The notes: generated by a model from the sequence alone, not told the origin. A stretch of 64,000 bases of DNA from Sulfolobaceae archaeon (GCA_038893355.1 JAWARQ010000003.1:64001-128000); one strand, 5' to 3'. Positions 43,809 through 53,837 are shown, counted from the stretch's first letter. Numbers and translations are program-made.

Positions 43809-45038
43809 ATGGTTTCGAATACTTTAGAAGAAATCTTCAAAGCCTCTTCAGTATTTAAAGATAAGTCTAAGTTGTCTCCAGATTACATCCCTGCAAATCT
43901 ACCTCATAGAGAGAACAAAATAAGAGAAATAGGTTTAGCATTTAGAGAAGTAATACTTAATCCAGGGAAAATTTCAGCAAGAGTAGTAATAGCAGGGAGA
44001 ACTGGTACTGGAAAAACGGCCGTTGCTAAAGTTTTTGGTTTAAAATTCACTGAAATTGCTAAGAGCAGAGGCATAAGGGTAGAATATATTCATTTAAATT
44101 GTCATAGAGATAGAACTTTATATTTATTAATATCAGAGGCTGCAATTCAACTAAAATTACCAATACCATTTCGTGGATTATCTTCACATGAAATACTAAA
44201 AGCAATTCATGAGTATTTAGAGCGTAGGAATTCTTACCTTATAATGACATTAGATGAATTTGATTATTTTCTAGATGCAGCGCCAGCTGATGATATTTAT
44301 TTTTTAGTTAGAATTTATGATGAATTACCATCCTTAATCCCTAGAATAAATTATATATTCATTGTAAGAGATTTAAGTAAAATTAGAACATTGGATCCGA
44401 TAGTCAGAGATCATATTGCAAGGCAAATTATAGAATTTCCACCATATAATAGTAATGAATTATACGATATACTACAAGATAGAGTACAATTAGCATTTAA
44501 TGAAAATACAGTATTAGAGGACGTTTTAAGATATATTGCAGATACCCATGGTTATGACAAGGGTGGTACAGGCAATGCAAGAGTTGCTATAGAAACTTTA
44601 GAGTTAGCAGGAGAAATTGCGGATAGATATGGTTCTCCGATAGTTACCTTAGAATATGCAAAGGAAGCTAACTCTAGACTAAACCCACATGTAACCGAAA
44701 TAATAGATAATATTAGATACTTAGAACTTCATTTACTTCTAATACTTAAAGCAATTATAAATATGATAAAGAGAAAAAATTCAGAATATATAACAATGGG
44801 AGAATTAGAAGAAGAGTATAATAGAATTTGTGAAGAATTAGGAGAGAATGCTAGGAGACATACTCAAGTGTACGAATATGTTAGAAGAATGAAACAAATA
44901 GGTATAATAAACTCAACCCAAAGCGGTAAAGGAATGAGAGGGAGAACAACCTTAATTTCACTTACAGTACCAATTAGTCCAGAATTAGAAGAGTTAATTA
45001 ACAAAGAAATAAGAGGTAGAATATCATCGAAAACTTAA
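43809..45038 (+). CDS. cdc6: Orc1/Cdc6 AAA+ protein (Orc1-2 type by context)
   Basis: LPHRE, GRTGTGKT, LDEFD, G.AR and wH G..GRT motifs; beside gins23-mcm. Confidence 0.93.
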   Translation: MVSNTLEEIFKASSVFKDKSKLSPDYIPANLPHRENKIREIGLAFREVILNPGKISARVVIAGRTGTGKTAVAKVFGLKFTEIAKSRGIRVEYIHLNCHRDRTLYLLISEAAIQLKLPIPFRGLSSHEILKAIHEYLERRNSYLIMTLDEFDYFLDAAPADDIYFLVRIYDELPSLIPRINYIFIVRDLSKIRTLDPIVRDHIARQIIEFPPYNSNELYDILQDRVQLAFNENTVLEDVLRYIADTHGYDKGGTGNARVAIETLELAGEIADRYGSPIVTLEYAKEANSRLNPHVTEIIDNIRYLELHLLLILKAIINMIKRKNSEYITMGELEEEYNRICEELGENARRHTQVYEYVRRMKQIGIINSTQSGKGMRGRTTLISLTVPISPELEELINKEIRGRISSKT

Positions 45039-45280
45039 TAAAGAGAAATAGGATAAAAATATTATTAATAGTATTACAAGAAGGTGAAATAAATATTTCA
45101 AAATTAGCTAAAATATCAAAGATAAATTATAAAACTTTAAGAAATGAAATCGAAATTCTTAAAAATAAAGGATATATTGACGTAATAAGTCTTGGTAGAT
45201 CAATAATAATACGGCCGAATCTATCTAATCCGAAACTCCTACTTATAAAAAATCTTTTAGAAGAATTAATGGAAATATAA
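45023..45280 (+). CDS. ArsR-like winged-helix protein with non-canonical start (missed by ORF track)
   Basis: Open frame IIENLIKRNRIKILLIVLQEGEINISKLAKISKINYKTLRNEIEILKNKGYIDVISLGRSIIIRPN...MEI*; GAGGT SD before ATC. Confidence 0.7.
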   Translation: MIENLIKRNRIKILLIVLQEGEINISKLAKISKINYKTLRNEIEILKNKGYIDVISLGRSIIIRPNLSNPKLLLIKNLLEELMEI

Positions 45281-45284
45281 GTTT

Positions 45285-45755
45285 ATGATAAAAATTAGTG
45301 AATCTGGAACAGATTTAAAAGTTATAGATATATCAGAAAAAAGTGTCGTATATAGAGAAGCAATAGCCGAGGGATATATAGAATTAAAACCGGAAACCAT
45401 CGAGAGAATAATAAAGGGTGAAATAGAAAAGGGAAACGTAATACTAACTGCAAAACTTGCAGGTATACTTGCAGCTAAAAAAACCTCAGAGCTAATTCCA
45501 CTATGTCATCCTATAAATATAGAAAAAATAGATATAAAAGTAGAAGTTATTGATAATAAAGTAAAAGTAACGAGTATTGTATCAGCCCATTCAAAAACTG
45601 GAGTAGAAATGGAAGCGCTTACTGCCGTATCAATTGCATTACTAACTATCTGGGATATGGTGAAGAAATACGAGAAAGATGATACAGGGAACTACCCTAA
45701 CACAAAAATAACTAACATAAGAGTAGTTCTGAAGCAAAAGAAAGAGAGAGAGTAA
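45285..45755 (+). CDS. moaC: cyclic pyranopterin monophosphate synthase
   Basis: KGNV, LIPLCH, TGVEMEAL and IWDMVK motifs. Confidence 0.95.
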   Translation: MIKISESGTDLKVIDISEKSVVYREAIAEGYIELKPETIERIIKGEIEKGNVILTAKLAGILAAKKTSELIPLCHPINIEKIDIKVEVIDNKVKVTSIVSAHSKTGVEMEALTAVSIALLTIWDMVKKYEKDDTGNYPNTKITNIRVVLKQKKERE

Positions 45756-45756
45756 A

Positions 45757-47022
45757 TTAACTTTTCTTACTTTGTGAGAACGTACTAGAGATATTTTTTA
45801 GATATTCAATTTCAGCCGAAGTTAAGTTAAGACTCTTAATAATTTTCTCTTCATTTGAACGGTAGTACTGTACGAAAAACGGAATAACATCATTATTTAC
45901 TTTTCTTTTAGACGCATGAATTATTTTACCTATTCTCTCTAACAATCTATCCCTTCCTTCTCTTAAAGACTTTGTCCTTGCTAATTCTCTAACATATTGT
46001 GGAAACTGATACTTCTTCCATTTAGGCTTCCATCCTGGCTTGAATTTTCCACTCTCTGCAACTGCAATCCCTGGGCCCATAAGATCAAAAACATAACTTA
46101 ACAAATCCCATCCCACAAGCTTGGCTCTCGTTAAGAATATTGAAGCTCTAGATAGAGAATTATAAGCCTCTGCAATATCATATAAATTTTCATATTGAAG
46201 TGGAATATTCTCAGAAAACCATCTTAACAACAATTCGTAATCTATTTGAGATGAAGTAACTGCTGCTTTAGCTTGCCATGCATACTTAGCCCAAAATACA
46301 TTTCTTAATGTTTCAAAAGGATCTAGCTCCCTATCTTTTCGCCTTACTAGTGTTTTAACCAGTTCTAATGTAACTCTTCCATATCCTTCAGAAACTGCTT
46401 GTAGCATATTTATAGCATACCTTGCATCACCTTCACATTGTTCTACAATATAATCAATAGCTTCATCATCACACTTTATGCTTTCCTGATTACAAATCTT
46501 CTTTAATATTCGCTTTATTGCATATTTACCCAGTTGTGGTACTTGAATCATTTTAACAGCATTTCTTAATTCACTAAGCTTAGGATCCCATGGATCATTT
46601 GCAGCAAGAAGGACAGGATGTTTTGTATTATTTATCAGTTCTAGAATTGCTTCAATAGCACCTTCATCTGCCTTAACATTTATTCCATCTACTTCATCTA
46701 GAAATATTAATTTACTTTTTTTCCCAAATAAACTTCCACTATATGAAGCTCTTTGTGCTATATTCCTTATATCTTGTAATCTCCTTGAATCACTCGCGTT
46801 CATTTCAAGTAATTCCAATCCATAAGTCCTTGCTAATGCTTCAGCAAGAGTAGATTTTCCAACACCAGGGGGTCCATAGATTAATAAAGCCTTCGTAGTC
46901 GGCTTACCATTTAACCAAGATTCAATCCAATTCTTAAGCTCTTGTTTCACTTCTTCTTGATCCTCCACTTCATCTAAAAACTTTGGTCTATATTTTATTA
47001 CCCAACTTAATTTTCTATCCAC
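45757..47022 (-). CDS. rfcL: replication factor C large subunit
   Basis: [19 protein letters not shown] and DEVD motifs. Confidence 0.95.
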   Translation of the reverse strand: MDRKLSWVIKYRPKFLDEVEDQEEVKQELKNWIESWLNGKPTTKALLIYGPPGVGKSTLAEALARTYGLELLEMNASDSRRLQDIRNIAQRASYSGSLFGKKSKLIFLDEVDGINVKADEGAIEAILELINNTKHPVLLAANDPWDPKLSELRNAVKMIQVPQLGKYAIKRILKKICNQESIKCDDEAIDYIVEQCEGDARYAINMLQAVSEGYGRVTLELVKTLVRRKDRELDPFETLRNVFWAKYAWQAKAAVTSSQIDYELLLRWFSENIPLQYENLYDIAEAYNSLSRASIFLTRAKLVGWDLLSYVFDLMGPGIAVAESGKFKPGWKPKWKKYQFPQYVRELARTKSLREGRDRLLERIGKIIHASKRKVNNDVIPFFVQYYRSNEEKIIKSLNLTSAEIEYLKNISSTFSQSKKS

Positions 47023-47040
47023 ATTTCCTCACTTTAAAAA

Positions 47041-48054
47041 TTATTTAGTATGAGTCTTAGCCTTTTCCTCAGCACCTTCCAGATACTTACTGCCTAAGAT
47101 TGCTATTTTAGCTAACATAGCACTTAATTGTATCTCATCATCTGCACCTTCCATCAATCTAAATTCGACTTCACCTACATAGTCAGTTAATATTACTCTT
47201 AACTCTTCTGGAATTTGTAACTCTGTAGACATCAATTCCCTATGAACCTGTTTTACAATATCTTCCCCAGAAAGCCCGTGCGTTATAAGTAAGCTTCTTA
47301 GCTTCTCTCTCGCTTGCAAAAATTTACCTTGTAATGCAAGGTTGAGCATCTCTCTAATTTCCTTTGGTTGTGCTAATCCTAAAACCTTATAAACAGACTC
47401 AACTGTTACTTTCCCATATATAGAGGCGGCTTGTAATAAATTAATTGCCTTTCTCATATCGCCTTGTGTAACATCATAAATTGTCTCTAACCCTTTCTGA
47501 TCATACTCTACTTTCTCATTCTTAGCAATCATCATTAATCTAGTGACTACATCCTCTTTTTTTAGTGGGTAAAACCTAAATAATGCAGTCCTTGATTGTA
47601 TCGGTTCTATTATCTTGCTTAAATAATTACAAGCAAGAATGAATCTAGTAGTAGATGTATACATCTCCATTATTCTTCTTAATGCTTGCTGAGCATCCGA
47701 GGTCATATTATCAGCTTCGTCAAGTAAAATCACTTTAAACGGTATATCTCCAGGTAAAACTAATCTAGCGAACTCCTTTACTTTCTCTCTTATAACATCA
47801 ATACCTCTCTCATCACTTGCATTAAGTTCTAAAAAATATTGTTTGTAATTCTCACCATATAATTCATATACTAAAGCTAAGGCTGCTGTTGTCTTTCCAG
47901 TACCAGGTGGTCCAGCAAATAATAAATGTGGCATATTTTTTTCCTCAACAAATTTCTTTAACCTTTCTACAATTTCCTTTTGATTTACAATATCAGATAA
48001 TCTTCTAGGCCTATATTTTTCAGCCCAAAGTATCTCTTCACTATATTTTGACAT
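47041..48054 (-). CDS. rfcS: replication factor C small subunit
   Basis: WAEKYRP, GPPGTGKT, LNASDERG, DEAD and SR motifs. Confidence 0.96.
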   Translation of the reverse strand: MSKYSEEILWAEKYRPRRLSDIVNQKEIVERLKKFVEEKNMPHLLFAGPPGTGKTTAALALVYELYGENYKQYFLELNASDERGIDVIREKVKEFARLVLPGDIPFKVILLDEADNMTSDAQQALRRIMEMYTSTTRFILACNYLSKIIEPIQSRTALFRFYPLKKEDVVTRLMMIAKNEKVEYDQKGLETIYDVTQGDMRKAINLLQAASIYGKVTVESVYKVLGLAQPKEIREMLNLALQGKFLQAREKLRSLLITHGLSGEDIVKQVHRELMSTELQIPEELRVILTDYVGEVEFRLMEGADDEIQLSAMLAKIAILGSKYLEGAEEKAKTHTK

Positions 48055-48081
48055 ATATTTATTTTAGGATCAAATACTATA

Positions 48082-48540
48082 TCACTTTTTCCCACTTCGC
48101 TTATAAGTTCCCATAACATATCCTTCATCAATTATATGACCTTTCATCATCTCTCTAAGCCTTTCTGCATTTATTTTAGAGTACATTGATAACTCTGTAT
48201 CTAATGCATAAACTCTAAAGAAATATCTATGTGCAGGATGCGTTCTTGGTGGACAAGGACCATTATAACCTATCTTCCCAAAATCATTTAATCCTTGTAT
48301 CCCAAAATCTGTTATTTCTTTTTTTGGGATATTTTCAGGTAAATAATTCGATTTTATATTATAAATTACCCAATGTATAAATATACCCATTGGTGCATCA
48401 GGATCCTCTACAATAATTGCATAAGTTTTAGCATTATTAACTGGAGACCATTGTAATGGCGGAGAAACATCTTCCCCGTCGCAAGTATACTTTACTGGTA
48501 TCGCTTCACCGTTTTTAAACGAACTACATTCAACTTTCAT
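48082..48540 (-). CDS. YbhB/YbcL (PEBP/RKIP-like) protein
   Basis: DPDAP, HW, Y.GPCPP and HRY motifs. Confidence 0.92.
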   Translation of the reverse strand: MKVECSSFKNGEAIPVKYTCDGEDVSPPLQWSPVNNAKTYAIIVEDPDAPMGIFIHWVIYNIKSNYLPENIPKKEITDFGIQGLNDFGKIGYNGPCPPRTHPAHRYFFRVYALDTELSMYSKINAERLREMMKGHIIDEGYVMGTYKRSGKK

Positions 48541-48563
48541 AATTAAATTATTATAAAAATTAC

Positions 48564-49181
48564 TTATAACCTTTTAGGTGGTGTAATATAATACTCCTCT
48601 TCCTTATGACCATTTTTAGTTATTTTTGCTACAATTACACCAGTACCAGTAAAAGAATCTCTTTTTATTGCAGACATTATAGCTCTTTTAGCCAGATCAG
48701 CCGCTTCATCAACGCTCATATCCTCTCTATATTCGTCTTCAATTACTCCAATAGCAACTGGAGAACCAGAACCAGTAGCTATGTATTTTTCCCTTGTAAT
48801 ATCGCCAAGATAGTCCAGATTGTATAATTGATAACCTTCACTTTCATCATATCCTCCAATTAATATTTGAACAATATATGGAAAATACTTTGATAAAGTT
48901 AAAATTGCGGAAAGATATGAGGCCAAGGCTTTAATAGTATATGGTCTCCCCACTATTTTATTATAATGATATAAGTTTTTTAAAATATCATAAATATATT
49001 GGAGGTCAGCTACACTTCCAGCTGTTGTTATTCCTATAGTATCCGTAATATAAAGTACCTTTCTAACATTCTTATGTGCTATATAAGTTCCAGCAGTAGC
49101 TCTTCTATCTCCAGCCAATACAACACCATCTTTTGCTAAAATACCTACAGTAGTAGTACCTTTCAAAGTTTTTATCTTCAT
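48564..49181 (-). CDS. psmB: proteasome beta subunit
   Basis: Short propeptide then G/TTTVG, D.RAT, GSGS and RD..TG motifs. Confidence 0.95.
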   Translation of the reverse strand: MKIKTLKGTTTVGILAKDGVVLAGDRRATAGTYIAHKNVRKVLYITDTIGITTAGSVADLQYIYDILKNLYHYNKIVGRPYTIKALASYLSAILTLSKYFPYIVQILIGGYDESEGYQLYNLDYLGDITREKYIATGSGSPVAIGVIEDEYREDMSVDEAADLAKRAIMSAIKRDSFTGTGVIVAKITKNGHKEEEYYITPPKRL

Positions 49182-49642
49182 ATTTACACCTAATTATAGA
49201 CTTAGAATCAGAGTTATTTGAGATTTATCTAAGACGAATTAGAAAACAAGATAATAATCTTGAATGTACTTTAAATATTTTTATTAAATTTATTAAAATA
49301 TTTATTCTATTAAATAGAATATTGAATTAACCAGCCATCATAATGCTTAGTAGTTTAAGGAAATTCCTATATAGGGCCTACGTGGCAATCTTAGCTGGCA
49401 TTATGCTTGAAGTTCAACCGAAAGGTTTATTGCTGAATGCCCTTACCATAAAAAATCATAATATTTGCTCATGAACTAATAAATACTTTTTACTCCCTTA
49501 TTTTATTGCTTACTAGGAAAAAGAAATCTCCAGTTAGTAAGAAGATTTTTCTTTTATGTTTTTAACGTAGTGTAAAAATGAAACGATTTTCCTATAAGTG
49601 CTAAATGCTAATATTTTTATGGTTTCTCAAGAATAGAAATAT

Positions 49643-50263
49643 ATGAATGCTAAAATAATTAAGTATACTGTTACTTCGAGTGAAATACCTCGTAAAAAAA
49701 ATGATGAAATTAAATTATTAAATTTATGTAAAGAAATTATAAATTATTTTGAGAAAAATATAAATAAAGCCGAAGTTGTAAAAATAGATATAGCGAGCTT
49801 ATTCGCAGCTAGTATACTTTCAAATAAAATGGTTAATGGTATTATAGAATCTATTTATGAATATATTTTAGGAAAGTGGAACGGAAAGCAATTTTCTGGT
49901 GATGTATCTGCAGTAATAGGGCAGAGTATAGGATTTGCTTTATTAGAGGCTTTATTTGACATACCTATTACCGAAATAATTCCCCTACGTAATATTAAGT
50001 ATCTAGGCTTAACTACTGACGCGATAATCGAAATAGAAAAATACGAAAAATTAAAGAAATTTTTGAATGTAGATAAAGGAGTATTATTTTTCAATTCTAG
50101 GGCAACCTCCTCTTTTAAGAAAAATTATATAATTGATAAATTAATGAAAAGTATTTTAAATATAGAGATTATGAGATATCCCTCACATTACGGTCTAATC
50201 TCCTACTCAGTACTTACTAATCAAGATCTATTAATCCTTCTTACACTAATTAAGCCTGAGTAG
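49643..50263 (+). CDS. hypothetical protein (possible degenerate PD-(D/E)XK fold)
   Basis: 206-aa ORF with IGQSIG...TTDAII...LFFNSRAT pattern. Confidence 0.65.
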   Translation: MNAKIIKYTVTSSEIPRKKNDEIKLLNLCKEIINYFEKNINKAEVVKIDIASLFAASILSNKMVNGIIESIYEYILGKWNGKQFSGDVSAVIGQSIGFALLEALFDIPITEIIPLRNIKYLGLTTDAIIEIEKYEKLKKFLNVDKGVLFFNSRATSSFKKNYIIDKLMKSILNIEIMRYPSHYGLISYSVLTNQDLLILLTLIKPE

Positions 50264-50271
50264 GTGATATT

Positions 50272-50754
50272 ATGAATTGTGTGAAAGAACTACCAACACT
50301 TTACATTTATTCATGGATAGGAGATTCAAAACTTGTAAATTCAGCAGTTAGAGAATGCTTAAAGGATTATGATAATATAAAAGAAATTCAGAAGACTATA
50401 AGAGAGATTCTAATTAGCATCGATTCTGAGATAGAATTACCAAAGGCCCTCAGGGATAAGGGAATAACTTATGTAGAATTATTTAAATTAGGTTTATATA
50501 AAATTTTAAAATCTATCACTAAAAACCAGATAAGTCTGGAAACTGTAGAAGAAGGGAAATTAAAGTACAGTATAATAGATTTAGAGTATAAGAAAATAAT
50601 TAGAGGATTCTGTGGAGAATGTAAGGGAAAGAAGATAGGTACATTGAAAAGGTCTAATGGAATATTTATTCAGTACCAACAAATGATTTATGCAGAGATA
50701 TTTAGTAATGATATCAAAAATGGAATAAAAGAATTAATAGAAAATTTAGAATAA
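50272..50754 (+). CDS. hypothetical protein with CxxC
   Basis: GGTGA SD; 8 nt after the previous stop; contains CGEC. Confidence 0.65.
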   Translation: MNCVKELPTLYIYSWIGDSKLVNSAVRECLKDYDNIKEIQKTIREILISIDSEIELPKALRDKGITYVELFKLGLYKILKSITKNQISLETVEEGKLKYSIIDLEYKKIIRGFCGECKGKKIGTLKRSNGIFIQYQQMIYAEIFSNDIKNGIKELIENLE

Positions 50755-50807
50755 TTCAGCCCTTGTAAGCTTCATCACAGATCATGCAACGGCTCCTTCA
50801 TCATTCC
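50754..50807 (-). ncRNA. box C/D methylation guide sRNA
   Basis: C box AUGAUGA, guide AGGAGCCGUUGC, D' AUGA, UCU, C' GUGAUGA, guide AGCUUACAAGGG, D CUGA; 12-nt spacers. Confidence 0.88.
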
Positions 50808-51946
50808 CTTAGTCTTCTGGTCACTTCACTAATCACTTCTTTAGATATTCTCCTAGTCTGTTCTGGAAGCCCAATTCTTCTAGTAGTCTCAATTATACTC
50901 TGCATTCTTCTAGTAGTCTCAATTAAATCTATTCTTCGAGTAAATTCCGAAATCTCTTCTAATTTCTTTAATGTCTTAGTTGCCTCTACTAAATTTTGCA
51001 ACTGTACTTGCTCAGCGTATTTGATTAATAATTCATAGTAATTATATTCATAAATTAAATCTTTATTTATATTACTTAAAAAAGTTACAAGATCTTGAGT
51101 ATAACTTATGTTTACGCTCTCTTCTAACTTACGCTCATCTTCCATTACTGGATCATAGTATTTTATCATAACTTTAATTAAATTTCCATTGAATTTTGGC
51201 GGAATTATGACCTCACCTAAAATCCTTACAGTACTTTCGACAGCTCCTAACTTAATTGGTGGACCAGGGTAATTTAATATTTTTAACTTACTACTACTCA
51301 GTATGTCAACTTCTAAATTCTTAGCAGCAACTTCAGTAACTGCAGCCTTTGGCATCTTATCTTCTATTTCTTTCGGATCATTAATGTGATAATAAATTCC
51401 TCCTGACTTATCAGCTAAAAGTTTAAGTATATCCTCTCTGTATTCATCACCTACACCAAAAGAATATATTTGAATATTAGTAGGTAATTTTAATTTTTGA
51501 TAAGCCTCAAGACTAGTTTCATCAGTAGGCTCACCATCAGTTAGTAGTATATAAAACCCTGGTAAACCACACATTTCCGAAATTTCATTAGCTTCAATTA
51601 ATGCGTGATATAACGGTGTAGGACCGTCAGCCTTGAGGGTATCTATCAAATCATATTTAACATCAGATAAGTTCTGACACTCTATTAAGCGTTTTACTTC
51701 AGTTGAAAATGATATTAGTGAAACTTTATTATTTTTTGGAATTCTAGATAATAATTCTTTTGCAGATCTCTTTGCTATCTCTATTTTTAAACCTTTCATC
51801 GACCCACTATTATCAATTAGTACCACATAATGAAAACCTTTAGCAAGACTAACCTTTTCTGGTACTAGTAGTATCCTAAATACTCCCCTTATCTCCTCGT
51901 TATAAGACATACTATGTGATACTTCTAACTTTAAAGAAATAGTCAT
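50801..51946 (-). CDS. arnB: vWA-domain archaellum repressor ArnB-like
   Basis: MIDAS DNSGSM, T and TDG; C-terminal helix with TRR repeats; follows the ZnF-FHA gene. Confidence 0.8.
   Translation of the reverse strand: MTISLKLEVSHSMSYNEEIRGVFRILLVPEKVSLAKGFHYVVLIDNSGSMKGLKIEIAKRSAKELLSRIPKNNKVSLISFSTEVKRLIECQNLSDVKYDLIDTLKADGPTPLYHALIEANEISEMCGLPGFYILLTDGEPTDETSLEAYQKLKLPTNIQIYSFGVGDEYREDILKLLADKSGGIYYHINDPKEIEDKMPKAAVTEVAAKNLEVDILSSSKLKILNYPGPPIKLGAVESTVRILGEVIIPPKFNGNLIKVMIKYYDPVMEDERKLEESVNISYTQDLVTFLSNINKDLIYEYNYYELLIKYAEQVQLQNLVEATKTLKKLEEISEFTRRIDLIETTRRMQSIIETTRRIGLPEQTRRISKEVISEVTRRLRE
50874..50925. repeat. exact 22-bp direct repeat, 30-bp period, inside arnB
   Basis: ATTCTTCTAGTAGTCTCAATTA at 50874-50895 and 50904-50925 encodes IETTRR twice. 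Confidence 0.85.
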
Positions 51947-51962
51947 AAGTATGTACCCTAAT

Positions 51963-52526
51963 TTACTCCTTTATAATTTTTATAATAGTATTATTTCCTA
52001 ATTTAATTATTGTATTTTCTTTTATTTCTGTCCTTTGTTTAATTGGAACAAATTTTTCACCATCATATATATATGTCCCGTTAGTACTGTTCAGGTCCTC
52101 TAAATACAACTTCTCACCTTCCTTTGAAATGACTGAATGCCGTCTAGAAACTTCAGGATCTGGGATAATTATAACATTTTCAGGACTTCTTCCTATTGAA
52201 ATTTTAGGAAAATTCACTAAATCTAACGGTATTTTACCCCCAATAAGATTTTGGTTTGGTGTTGAAATTATTTGTAAATAATATTTACCCTCTAACTTTT
52301 TCTCTTCATGTACCTTAACCTCTTGTTGCTGAACCTGTGAGGGTTGTGTTAATGGCTGAGAAGAAGGAGGTGGTAAAACGTTTTGCTCTTGTTGGGCAGT
52401 GGAAGGTTGTTGAGGAGGATTAGAGGACGATTGCTGCTGAGTTTCTTGCTTTTTCACACCACAATTAATACAATAAATTGCATCGTCTTCATTACTCGTG
52501 CCACATACTGAGCATAACCATGGCAT
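51963..52526 (-). CDS. arnA: zinc finger-FHA protein ArnA-like
   Basis: W.C..CG..N...A.YC..CG, Q/P-rich linker, IGR, SRRH and NSTNGT; ATG at 52526. Confidence 0.85.
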   Translation of the reverse strand: MPWLCSVCGTSNEDDAIYCINCGVKKQETQQQSSSNPPQQPSTAQQEQNVLPPPSSQPLTQPSQVQQQEVKVHEEKKLEGKYYLQIISTPNQNLIGGKIPLDLVNFPKISIGRSPENVIIIPDPEVSRRHSVISKEGEKLYLEDLNSTNGTYIYDGEKFVPIKQRTEIKENTIIKLGNNTIIKIIKE

Positions 52527-52758
52527 AGTTTTATAATACAAAAACGTACATATTAACTTTATTCATATAATATGAGTCCTACTCTTCTTAGAAATAATTT
52601 ATTTTAATATGATCTGGGATTAATACTCGATACATTAACACACTTTTGGTAAATTTTAAATTTGCTCTTAAGTTATGAAGAAATTTATGAGATATATTTA
52701 TATACCTTTTTGTATCTCTTAAAAATTTTTATAAAAATAATTATTAATTACTTTATTT

Positions 52759-53076
52759 CTAATCAAATTCTTCTTGAATCTTCTTCTTTCCTTCTATTAA
52801 ATTTTGAGGAAAAGGTATTTTTTGTACATCTTCTATTTTTAAACCCTTCTTCCTTAAATTCTCAATCGCATTCAATATATCTTCTTCATGTGTAGCATAT
52901 TTAATCGAATCCCTAATTTCTGATAACTCTTTATCATTAGTATTAAACCTCTCTGCACTTACAGTAACCCATCTACCATTATTATTATAGATAAAAACAA
53001 CATCTTGATAATATCCTGGAATAACATGAGAAACTCCAGCAATATAATACTCCTTAAACTTAAACACCCTACTCAT
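52759..53076 (-). CDS. hypothetical protein
   Basis: 105-aa ORF with natural composition, divergent from the CoA-transferase beta gene. Confidence 0.7.
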   Translation of the reverse strand: MSRVFKFKEYYIAGVSHVIPGYYQDVVFIYNNNGRWVTVSAERFNTNDKELSEIRDSIKYATHEEDILNAIENLRKKGLKIEDVQKIPFPQNLIEGKKKIQEEFD

Positions 53077-53114
53077 ACGTAAATATATTTATTCTTATTT
53101 GGCTATTAAAAGTT

Positions 53115-53837
53115 ATGAATAATCTAGACTTTATGATTAAAGGAATGGCAGAGTTACTAGATGATGGCGAAATAGTGTATATAGGGTTAAACTCTTTTCT
53201 ACCTCTTATTTCTTCAATAATGGCTAGAGACTATTATAAAAAGAAAATAAGAATAGTTGGAGTGGCAGAAGCGTACAATCCCGTATCTATTGTATTAAAA
53301 GCATCTACTGGAGACCCCTCCTATGCTGAAGGTACACCGATCTTTCCTACCTATGAAGCATTTGATTTAGCCCAAAAAGGTAAATTGGACGTAATGTTTT
53401 TTGGACCAGCACAAATTGATAAGGAGACGAATGTAAATATTTCAGTAATAGGAAGTTATGAAAAACCAAAGGTAAGATTACCTGGCGGTGCCGCTACTGC
53501 TTTCTTAATGCCATTAGTTAATAAACTAATATTATGGAATACCAAACACTCGCGTCGAACGTTAGTAAATAAAGTTGACTTTGTAACGGGTACTGCTAAG
53601 TACTCACAAAATAAAGTATTTTTAGTTACTAATAAATGTATTATGGAATATGATAGGATAAAGAAAGTGTGGAAGCTAGTTGCACTATATCCAAGTTCTA
53701 CAATAGAGGAAATTATTAATGAAACTGAATTCCAGTTTGCAGTTGAGAAGCCAAGAATTATTAAGATAAGTGAAAGTGAAAGTGAGTTTATTAAAAATAT
53801 CGATCCTTATTCCCTTAGAACAGTTCTAGAATTTTAA
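53115..53837 (+). CDS. family I CoA-transferase beta subunit (GctB-like)
   Basis: LDVMFFG.AQID...N.S.IG....P.VRLPGG and VDFVT motifs. Confidence 0.85.
   Translation: MNNLDFMIKGMAELLDDGEIVYIGLNSFLPLISSIMARDYYKKKIRIVGVAEAYNPVSIVLKASTGDPSYAEGTPIFPTYEAFDLAQKGKLDVMFFGPAQIDKETNVNISVIGSYEKPKVRLPGGAATAFLMPLVNKLILWNTKHSRRTLVNKVDFVTGTAKYSQNKVFLVTNKCIMEYDRIKKVWKLVALYPSSTIEEIINETEFQFAVEKPRIIKISESESEFIKNIDPYSLRTVLEF

Noticed and set aside
43754-45284. Replication origin next to cdc6
   Set aside because: No ORB repeats or AT-rich unwinding gap; flanks are coding. The mcm-linked Orc1-2 is not origin-associated in Sulfolobus.
40632-48054. Inteins in mcm, cdc6 or rfc
   Set aside because: Lengths are canonical and the motifs are uninterrupted.
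50874-50925. Mini CRISPR array
   Set aside because: Only two copies with an 8-nt spacer, in frame within a CDS, and no cas genes.
50784-51038. 84-aa plus-strand ORF with ILLVVSI repeats
   Set aside because: Antisense shadow of the arnB TRR repeats.
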